Source: Erwinia phage vB_EamM_Asesino
Sequence record: KX397364.2
DNA length: 32,000 nucleotides
Strand: one strand, 5' to 3'
The translations under genes and the position numbers were made by a program. Below are positions 16,806 to 23,077 of this stretch, piece by piece (the first letter of the stretch is position 1; each line of letters begins with the position of its first letter). The notes beneath the pieces were generated by a model. It was not told where the DNA came from, did no database searches, and was given only the letters and a program-made list of their open reading frames with translations.

Positions 16806-16824
16806 GGGTGGGTCGCTCCCACCC
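16806..16824 (+). other. GC-rich stem-loop without U tract, 7 nt after the beta gene stop
   Basis: GGGTGGG (16806-16812), loop TCGCT, CCCACCC (16818-16824), followed by 'TCGTAAACAAC' with no T-run. Its function (terminator for a phage RNAP, RNA stability or processing element) is unknown. Confidence 0.4.
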
Positions 16825-16848
16825 TCGTAAACAACTCCGGAGTTGAGA

Positions 16849-17142
16849 ATGAGTATTTTAGATTCTATCAAAATGCGTAACGGGATTCCAACGGGTAAGA
16901 ATATTACTCAGCAGGAAACCGAGGGTTATTCCCCGCAACAGCGTCTGAACTTTGTTACGCTGGGTAATGCCGTTGAACTGACCACAGAGATTCTGCACGG
17001 TCTGATGAAAGGCAACAGTGGCCTGACCGATCGTCAGGGCGATCAGCGTATGCTGAAACGCGACATTGCAGATTTAGTCGGTGCCCGCCTTACCGCGCGT
17101 ATCCAGGAAGCAGCCAGCACCGAGAACGGGGGTCAGGCATGA
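16849..17142 (+). CDS. hypothetical small protein (97 aa from ATG 16849)
   Basis: ATG 16849 lies 6 nt after GGAG (16839-16842), so it is preferred over the TTG at 16843 given in the track. Its stop overlaps the next start (ATGA at 17139-17142). No family recognised. Confidence 0.75.
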   Translation: MSILDSIKMRNGIPTGKNITQQETEGYSPQQRLNFVTLGNAVELTTEILHGLMKGNSGLTDRQGDQRMLKRDIADLVGARLTARIQEAASTENGGQA

Positions 17143-18614
17143 TCAGTTTATACTCACTTAACGCCGTCACTAACGCGATGAAGCTGTGCAAACAGTTTAA
17201 CATCCGTTTGGATGCGGAAGAAGATAGCCCGATTGGTCTGCTGAACAAAGCAACCGACCAGGCCCCTATCTTTAACACCGGCATCACTGACGAGCAGTTC
17301 TTCCAACAGCTGCCGGATATCACCAAAATCAAAACTCCGGCGCACGGTACAGGGGAAGCCTCGGTTGTGGCGGATACTGCAGCCGGTGCAGAAGTGCTGA
17401 ACGTGGAAGACCACGAACCGACCCTGTTCGAACTGAAGAACATGGCCATCCAGCGCTGTAATGGGATGCTGGACTTTGCGCGTAACGTGATTCAACCGTT
17501 CGTGCAAAACGTGATTCAGAACAACCAGCCGGTTGAACAGCAGGAACTCTCTGAAGAGTGGAACCTGGTACCGGTCGGGATGGATGCTGCCCTGGAAAGT
17601 CCGGTGGTGCAGGCGCTGATTGACGAAATCGAAAACCCGCTGGGTAACGGGACAACGCACGAAGCCGTAAAAGCTAACGTGCCGACCAACCTGGAAATTC
17701 CGGAAACCGGGAACAAAATGTACGATGACCTCGTACGTACCCTGTTGAACGAAACCGGGATGTCTATCGTTGAAGCGGTTCAGGGGATGCTGGAAGGGAA
17801 CATGCTGTCGCCGGTTTCTGAACAGGCACCGCACAACCTGAAAAAGAACATCCTGTTCATGCTGCTGGCGTCCTACTACGTTGAACGTCCGTGGGAAAAC
17901 TCCAACCTGGGTAGCGGTGAATGGCGTGCGAAAATGCTGCCACTCTACTACAGCAACATCGGTTGGGTGTATGCCTACGCGAACGCCATTGTTGAACGTG
18001 TGGCGTCCGGTAACGTGGTATTCGGTTACGACGGTAACGAGAAGAAAGTCTACATCTGCCAGGAAGCCTTTAAAGACTACCTGGAAAAAGGTGGTGATGT
18101 GGAAGCGCTGCTCGGGGCGATTTATCTGCTGGATGATGGCGATACCCGTGTGTCTACGCGTGTACCGTCTCTGCTGGAGCGGGCGAACGATTATCGTGCC
18201 GCTTATGCGCACCGCAGTGCTATCCAGCGTGCGAAGAACGACACCGATTGGCTGAGCCGTAACCGTGCGTCGCTGAAAACTGCTTTTGCGGTGGCTATCG
18301 ATACGCTCGACCCGGAATACCTGAGCCGCGACAACCAGGGTAACCTGGCGACTGCTGAGCAAATCAAAACCGGCGTGTTCTCTGCCATCGATCATCTGTT
18401 CGGTAACAGCACCAAAGACATCACCGAGTTTGTTATCCGCACCTCGGCAGCCGAAGTCTTCGGTGAATACGATCTGTGCAATCTGCTGCTGGAAATTCAC
18501 CACGGCATGATTAACAACCGCCAGCCTGACGAAGTGGCCACCGACTGGATGATTAACTACGTCATCAACTGGGTATGCGGTGCTATTTGTGTTGATATCC
18601 TGAAACGCGCTTAA
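17139..18614 (+). CDS. hypothetical protein (491 aa); weak collinear resemblance of aa 297-371 to the beta C-terminal module
   Basis: ATGA start/stop overlap with the upstream ORF. Natural-looking acidic composition and strong codon bias. See the finding for the 'YDG...LLDDGDTRVST...QR......W' anchors. The fully overlapping 503-aa minus-strand ORF is an in-register shadow. Confidence 0.85.
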   Translation: MISLYSLNAVTNAMKLCKQFNIRLDAEEDSPIGLLNKATDQAPIFNTGITDEQFFQQLPDITKIKTPAHGTGEASVVADTAAGAEVLNVEDHEPTLFELKNMAIQRCNGMLDFARNVIQPFVQNVIQNNQPVEQQELSEEWNLVPVGMDAALESPVVQALIDEIENPLGNGTTHEAVKANVPTNLEIPETGNKMYDDLVRTLLNETGMSIVEAVQGMLEGNMLSPVSEQAPHNLKKNILFMLLASYYVERPWENSNLGSGEWRAKMLPLYYSNIGWVYAYANAIVERVASGNVVFGYDGNEKKVYICQEAFKDYLEKGGDVEALLGAIYLLDDGDTRVSTRVPSLLERANDYRAAYAHRSAIQRAKNDTDWLSRNRASLKTAFAVAIDTLDPEYLSRDNQGNLATAEQIKTGVFSAIDHLFGNSTKDITEFVIRTSAAEVFGEYDLCNLLLEIHHGMINNRQPDEVATDWMINYVINWVCGAICVDILKRA

Positions 18615-18631
18615 ACCTGTAGGAGGTGATC

Positions 18632-19360
18632 GTGAGTGCAATTGAAACAGCCCGTCGTGACCCAACGAAGATTCATGCTGACTTGGTAAACAACGGCACG
18701 GTCACCACTACCAAAGGGGGATGTTACATTTACATCCCTGTTGGGTTTGTGGCGAAAGAGTTGGCGGTGGTTTCTTCGACGGTAACGATTATCGGTTTGT
18801 TTGCGATATCGACCGACCGGAAAACCTACGGGGTCTCGGGGGTTACGACCTTCATCGAGATTACCCCGTCGGCGTTTGAAGAGATTGATGTCCACGGTGT
18901 TCCGTATTACGAATTCCGTTTTGACCCCGGTACGGTTGTTTTCCCCAACCGCATGTTGCAGGTGATGCCGTCACCTGTGTACAACATCGCGTCGTACGTA
19001 TACGACTTTGGTAACCGTCCCTTCTGGATGCAAACTGATGACGATGCCGAACTACTGGCACCGGATAAGACCAAGAAGTGGAATGGCTTTACCGTGTTTG
19101 CTGACCAAATCACAGCAGACGTCTATGCTGCCCACACGCAGCGTAAAGTTGGCGACCCGCGCACGTATTTCCGGGACACATTGAAAAAGGACAGCGATTT
19201 GAGCAACCCTGTGCAGTTCATTCCATTGCGCAGTGGCTCACTCAACAAAACGTCGCGTCTGGCGAAGCTTGCTGACGTGGAACTGAAACAAGGTATTCGT
19301 TCTGCACTGCAAGTCGATCCAGTCCGTGCCGAACCGCTCGAGGATCTGTTTATGCGATAA
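18632..19360 (+). CDS. hypothetical protein (242 aa from GTG 18632); candidate beta-prime middle fragment
   Basis: AGGAGG (18621-18626) lies 5 nt before GTG 18632, so this start is preferred over the track start 18626, which overlaps the SD. 'FTVFADQITADVYA' (T154-I160, nt 19091-19111) resembles E. coli beta-prime '[17 protein letters not shown]'. 'PLRSGSLNKTSRLAKLA' resembles 'MADSGARGSAAQIRQLA'. That the ORF is coding is well supported; the functional call is tentative. Confidence 0.5.
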   Translation: MSAIETARRDPTKIHADLVNNGTVTTTKGGCYIYIPVGFVAKELAVVSSTVTIIGLFAISTDRKTYGVSGVTTFIEITPSAFEEIDVHGVPYYEFRFDPGTVVFPNRMLQVMPSPVYNIASYVYDFGNRPFWMQTDDDAELLAPDKTKKWNGFTVFADQITADVYAAHTQRKVGDPRTYFRDTLKKDSDLSNPVQFIPLRSGSLNKTSRLAKLADVELKQGIRSALQVDPVRAEPLEDLFMR

Positions 19361-19366
19361 CTGGTG

Positions 19367-19384
19367 GTGCGCTTTCGGGCGCAC
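19367..19384 (+). other. stem-loop with UUCG-type tetraloop, no U tract
   Basis: 'GTGCGCT-TTCG-GGCGCAC' gives six Watson-Crick pairs plus a closing U.G pair around a TTCG loop. It lies 7 nt after the stop at 19360 and is followed by 'ACTGGACTGAAAAAAG'. Confidence 0.4.
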
Positions 19385-19415
19385 ACTGGACTGAAAAAAG
19401 AAACTGGGGAAAACA

Positions 19416-20219
19416 ATGGAAAACTTGTCACTACGTTATAACTGCGTAGCGCTGGCTGGGGTCAATAAAGGGGCAACGCTCAAGAAAGATGCGGACGGTT
19501 ACTACTACGTCCTTTTAGGCGCACTGAATATTTTCAACTCTGAGAATATCTATTACGCTTACAACGAATCGAAGCACGTCTTCGAACGTTCTAACATCTT
19601 CATGCGCAAAGTGCAGGCGGGGAATCTCTTCGGTGAAGAAGACCACCCTCCGTACGAGCAGGGCATGTCCGAAGCCCAGTGGATTGAGCGCAACGAATGG
19701 ATTGAGACGAAAAACGTCTGTATGCACATTCGTGAAGTGGAAGTGAAACCGACTGACCAGGTCTGTAACGGTCTGCCGGTGATGGAAATCTGGGGCTGGG
19801 TGAAGCCGAACCGCGAACGTGGTCCGCTCCTGGCAGAAGCGCTCGAGAACCCACATCAGAACGTGTGCTTCTCGCTGCGTGCCATCGTACGCGAAGGTCG
19901 TATCGGTGGGCAGGTTGTGCGTCGTATCGATAAACTGGTGACCTTTGACTGGGTTATCGAAGACGGGCTGCAAATCTGCAACAAATATTCCGCGATTCAG
20001 CGTGGCTCTAAAGTGGCGCAAGAATCAACCCGTACGTACGTTGACCGTCCGATCAGCATGGAAGTGCTGGAAGACATCATCTACAACCCGACCGCAGTGT
20101 CTACTGTGGCTACGGAGTCTCGTCGTGGAGCACTGCGTGGTATCGCACAAGAGTACCTGGCGTTAACGCCGCGTCGCTCTAACCTGCGTGTCATGGGCAT
20201 GGGTAAGGGAAGCTGGTAA
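19416..20219 (+). CDS. prohead (head maturation) serine protease, T4 gp21 / phiKZ gp175 type
   Basis: 'LFGEEDHPP' with H77 (nt 19644-19646) matches the T4 gp21 'LGELNHPP' catalytic His motif. 'CFSLRA' with S153 (nt 19872-19874) matches the gp21 'VSSRG' Ser motif. The N-terminal 'NSENIYYAYN' resembles gp21 'NRNKRLYP'. The size (267 aa) and the position next to the vRNAP genes fit phiKZ-like synteny. Confidence 0.75.
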   Translation: MENLSLRYNCVALAGVNKGATLKKDADGYYYVLLGALNIFNSENIYYAYNESKHVFERSNIFMRKVQAGNLFGEEDHPPYEQGMSEAQWIERNEWIETKNVCMHIREVEVKPTDQVCNGLPVMEIWGWVKPNRERGPLLAEALENPHQNVCFSLRAIVREGRIGGQVVRRIDKLVTFDWVIEDGLQICNKYSAIQRGSKVAQESTRTYVDRPISMEVLEDIIYNPTAVSTVATESRRGALRGIAQEYLALTPRRSNLRVMGMGKGSW

Positions 20220-20220
20220 A

Positions 20221-20850
20221 ATGAGCGAAAACGTCGACCCCTCATTAGAGCGCTGGCTGCAGCAGCAAATGCCGCGTGTCGTTAAGAAAGTAAAGTTACG
20301 CCAACTTAACGAACAGCCACTGCATCTGAGCAAGAGTAAGATCTCGGTGTTCTCACCGCGTATCCCTCTTTCTGTTGCGCGTGATGAAGATATGACCGTG
20401 CCGCGTATTTGCTGCTCGGTAGATATCACCCGTTGTATTCACGGTGTCCGGCATCTCTTTTCTACCATTGAGATTCCGACCCGGTTATTCTTACACGGGT
20501 TTCAAGAACGCGCGGTCGTACAACCGTCAGTGGACTTAACGTGCGAACCCAATCGCGCAGGCGAAGTGTGGATTGTTCCGCACCGTATGTCGAACTGGGA
20601 TATCAAACCAACTGTACTTGGCGAGATGCGTTTATCATCGCTCGGCGAGGCCGGTAGTAAGTTCACGTACCAGATGTGTTTCGGTCAGGATGTTCGCTGG
20701 AACTCCTACCAACTGTTGAAAGCAGATGTCTTCTACGAAGCTTTCGTCACTGTAGATTGGGAGAAAGAAACACTCAAATGCAGTGATGCGAAAGAAGTCG
20801 GTCGAACTGCCTTCGACGCCGCCATTAACGAATACACTGTCACCCCGTGA
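20221..20850 (+). CDS. hypothetical protein (209 aa from ATG 20221)
   Basis: ATG 20221 lies 1 nt after the protease stop and is preceded by 'AAGGGAAG'. The track start 20188 would overlap the protease gene. No family recognised. Confidence 0.8.
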   Translation: MSENVDPSLERWLQQQMPRVVKKVKLRQLNEQPLHLSKSKISVFSPRIPLSVARDEDMTVPRICCSVDITRCIHGVRHLFSTIEIPTRLFLHGFQERAVVQPSVDLTCEPNRAGEVWIVPHRMSNWDIKPTVLGEMRLSSLGEAGSKFTYQMCFGQDVRWNSYQLLKADVFYEAFVTVDWEKETLKCSDAKEVGRTAFDAAINEYTVTP

Positions 20851-20902
20851 CCGGCAAGTTCGTGGTCTGCAAATCACCACTTACCGTAATCAGGGGGAAA
20901 GC

Positions 20903-21202
20903 ATGAAAGTCGTTAACATCGCAATACCCTCGACGCTGCAAACGTTGACACCGGACGAACTGAAAGCTCTGGCTCTCTACGCGGTTCAGGAACGCTGTGG
21001 TCGAGATGTGCTGGCTGAAATTCTCGGTGGGCGTTTTGACACCAAGCGGAAGATCAACAACATTGTCGCGGGTATTGCTCAACAAGACATCGCACAGTTC
21101 TATTGCGATATTCGTTCAGCAGGAGTTACTATCGATTACACCCGCACCTATTTCTTGTTGGCGGAGCCGTACCGTTCCAACATCACCATTAAGCAGTTGT
21201 AG
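20903..21202 (+). CDS. hypothetical small protein (99 aa)
   Basis: ATG 20903 is preceded by 'CAGGGGGAAAGC'. The track start 20783 overlaps the previous gene and lacks an SD. Confidence 0.75.
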   Translation: MKVVNIAIPSTLQTLTPDELKALALYAVQERCGRDVLAEILGGRFDTKRKINNIVAGIAQQDIAQFYCDIRSAGVTIDYTRTYFLLAEPYRSNITIKQL

Positions 21203-21260
21203 TTTTTTTACGGTTCTGGTAGTTCATGTGTTGGGGATTACAATTTTAAAGGAAGCAAAC

Positions 21261-21809
21261 ATGTTCTATTTGGATAGCGATGGGTTATTTGCGCGTTGGC
21301 GTACCTACGTATTATCCACACATTTTCCGGGATTGACGATTAAGGAGTTCAATGCGTTACCTGAGCTACGTCGTCGCAGTCTGACACGCGAGATGTATCA
21401 GCGTGATCCAGATTTGTTCTATAAGCTCCAGCCTATTCCCGAGGCGGGCAAGATTATTGAAACGCTGGAAAAGTTGTGTGATTCGTGGGCAATACTGACA
21501 TCCGGTTCTGAAGACCACTTTGACCACCAGTTGGTGGTTGAGTCGAAACAGCGCTGGTTCTTAAAGCACTTTGGTGTGCCGTCAGATAAAGTCATTGTCA
21601 CTGAGAACTCTGGGCAGAAAGCAGCTTACGCCTCACGGGGGAATTTGCTTGTCGACGATTATGGTCGGAACTGTCGTGAATGGGTGCTACAGGGCGGGGG
21701 AGCGATTTGGGTACGAACAGAACAGCCGAATATCCCGGCCGTCTGTAGTCAATGCGAAGCGTTCTACGAAGACCCGATTAATCTCTCGGGAACTCTGTTG
21801 CCGATTTAA
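21261..21809 (+). CDS. HAD-superfamily 5'(3')-deoxyribonucleotidase-like protein (NT5C family), 182 aa
   Basis: ATG 21261 follows 'AAAGGAAG'. HAD motif I lies at the extreme N-terminus ('MFYLDSDGLF', DxD). The patterns 'F..LQPIPEAGKIIETL', 'ILTSGS', 'SKQRWFLKHFG' and 'NLLVDDYGRNCREW..GGGAIWV' match the NT5C-family layout (f..l.p.pGA...l..L, T/S, eK..Wl..hf, LIDD...n). The track start 20997 would add an unsupported 88-aa extension overlapping the previous gene. Confidence 0.6.
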   Translation: MFYLDSDGLFARWRTYVLSTHFPGLTIKEFNALPELRRRSLTREMYQRDPDLFYKLQPIPEAGKIIETLEKLCDSWAILTSGSEDHFDHQLVVESKQRWFLKHFGVPSDKVIVTENSGQKAAYASRGNLLVDDYGRNCREWVLQGGGAIWVRTEQPNIPAVCSQCEAFYEDPINLSGTLLPI

Positions 21810-21815
21810 TCCTTA

Positions 21816-21854
21816 GGTAGTCCTTTCACCCGAGAGGACTACCCGTTTTATTTT
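21816..21854 (+). terminator. strong intrinsic terminator
   Basis: GGTAGTCCT (21816-21824) pairs with AGGACTACC (21835-21843). The stem is extendable to about 12 bp around an ACCC loop and is followed by 'CGTTTTATTTT'. Confidence 0.85.
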
Positions 21855-21855
21855 A

Positions 21856-21944
21856 AGTGCATTCGAAATTCTTACAGATATATTTTACTTAGGTGAGATT
21901 ACATTCCTAATCTTTTACTCGACTATAACCTTAAGGAGCACCTT
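21856..21944 (+). promoter_or_regulatory. AT-rich intergenic region with repeated TTAC-containing motifs; candidate phage-RNAP promoter plus SD
   Basis: This is the longest non-coding, most AT-rich stretch in the window. It contains CTTAC 21871-21875, TATATTTTAC 21879-21888, GATTAC 21897-21902 and TTTTAC 21913-21918, then AAGGAG 21933-21938. No convincing sigma70 -35/-10 pair is present. Confidence 0.3.
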
Positions 21945-22349
21945 ATGAACATTTCAGACCAAATTGTAAACCTTTGCCGCGACCCGTTCGTGATGTTAAT
22001 GTTAACGGCAAAAGCTGCCAGCAACGAAGACGATTTAATCTCGTTGTTGTCTGACCCGGTTGAGCTGTGTGTAGCGCGTGATAAACGTCTGCACGAAGCA
22101 AACACCACAGACATGGCCGCCACACTTCAAAGTCCGGATGCTGCAAAATTCATCTTGTTGATGACTGACGCACAATGGCGTCAGGAACATCAGCTGCAAG
22201 GTGAGTTTGCCAACTTACCGTTCGCTTTCGGCGAACTGGTGACGGGCGACCAGCACCTCAAAGGCATCATCGCCGGTGAAGAGTTAGCGGAGTTTCAAAC
22301 GACCATGACTCTTGCCGCTAAGAAGTTTGCGGAACTCACCGCAGCGTAA
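21945..22349 (+). CDS. hypothetical protein (134 aa)
   Basis: ATG lies 6 nt after AAGGAG. It is the first gene after the terminator and AT-rich region. No family recognised. Confidence 0.8.
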   Translation: MNISDQIVNLCRDPFVMLMLTAKAASNEDDLISLLSDPVELCVARDKRLHEANTTDMAATLQSPDAAKFILLMTDAQWRQEHQLQGEFANLPFAFGELVTGDQHLKGIIAGEELAEFQTTMTLAAKKFAELTAA

Positions 22350-22388
22350 GTAATTCAATTCGACCATTACCTTTAGGAAAAGAAAACA

Positions 22389-23060
22389 ATGCAAGGCACC
22401 GAAATCAACAAGCTGTGGGAAAAACTGGTACGTCAATTCCGTGACTTCTATCTGTATACCGATAGCGCTCACCGCATCGACCACATCCAGTCTGTGAAGT
22501 CTAACGCGATTCGGATTGCGTACCTGTTGGGTGAAACCGAGCATTTGAAGTTGGCGCTGATTGCGATTGCGGCACACGATATCTTCTCAACCAAAGAAGA
22601 CCGTGCTTCACACCACATCAAAGGCTACAGCTGGATACTGGACAACAAGCCGGTACTCAAGCGTAAATACAAACTCACCGATGACGAGTGTCTTATCATC
22701 GCCCACGCGGTATTAGAACATCGTAGTTCTCACAAAGGGAACTACAACGGCATTGTCTCTGAGATTGTGGCTGCTGCTGACCGCGGCATCCCGTCTGTGG
22801 ACGATGTGATGAATTATGCTTATCGCTCTTACCTGTATGCACGCGACCATGGCAAAAGCGTCACCGATGCGAAATTCCATGCTGTGCGCCACATCAAAGA
22901 GAAGTTTGGTAAAGACGGTAAGTCCAAAGTTCCTGACTGGTACCACACACTCTTTGCTGAGAAACTGTTGGCCCGGTTAGACCATGTGGAACAATTGGAT
23001 ATCGATTGCTTCACACCCGAAATCACTGATGAGCTCGAAGCTCGTCTTCATTCCAAGTAA
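22389..23060 (+). CDS. HD-domain metal-dependent phosphohydrolase (223 aa), YpgQ/YedJ-like by motif layout
   Basis: 'AHRIDHIQSVKSNAIRIAYLLGE...LALIAIAAHDIFS' gives the H...HD signature. Downstream are 'IIAHAVLEHRSSH' and 'IVAAADR', matching the later His and Asp metal ligands of the HD superfamily. Confidence 0.6.
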   Translation: MQGTEINKLWEKLVRQFRDFYLYTDSAHRIDHIQSVKSNAIRIAYLLGETEHLKLALIAIAAHDIFSTKEDRASHHIKGYSWILDNKPVLKRKYKLTDDECLIIAHAVLEHRSSHKGNYNGIVSEIVAAADRGIPSVDDVMNYAYRSYLYARDHGKSVTDAKFHAVRHIKEKFGKDGKSKVPDWYHTLFAEKLLARLDHVEQLDIDCFTPEITDELEARLHSK

Positions 23061-23077
23061 CCCTGAAGGATAAAGCA

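Noticed and set aside
17154-18665. 503-aa minus-strand ORF completely overlapping the 491-aa + strand gene
   Set aside because: Its codons are exactly in register with the sense codons (both start at positions divisible by 3), so it stays open wherever the sense gene avoids TTA, CTA and TCA. It terminates at the first sense TCA (17154-17156). The product is Arg/Val/His/Phe-rich and low in Lys/Glu/Asp, which is typical of antisense translation. It has no SD and no intergenic context. It is a codon-bias shadow.
18632-19360. Alternative reading of the 242-aa ORF as the beta C-terminal fragment ('AHTQRKVG' vs 'MHARSTG', 'PLRSG...R' vs 'QPLGGKAQFGGQR')
   Set aside because: The spacing between these anchors is off by about 16 residues and the identities are sparse. 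The beta-prime alignment ('TVFADQI' heptad plus collinear position) is clearly better.
21203-21215. T7 run after the 99-aa gene as a terminator
   Set aside because: I could not find a stable upstream stem in the preceding 40 nt. It more likely belongs to the TTTTAC motif described in the findings.
20997-21260. Long upstream extensions given in the ORF track: 20997 for the HAD gene, 20783 for the 99-aa gene, 20188 for the 209-aa gene, 16843 and 18626
   Set aside because: Each extension overlaps the preceding gene or the SD itself. In every case an internal ATG/GTG has a properly spaced Shine-Dalgarno. For the HAD protein, the DxD nucleophile motif belongs at the extreme N-terminus.
21856-21944. 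Host sigma70 promoter in the AT-rich spacer
   Set aside because: TATATT (21879-21884) has no acceptable -35 at 16-18 bp. TATAAC (21924-21929) would leave no leader before the SD at 21933. No convincing -35/-10 pair, so only a generic candidate phage-promoter call was made.
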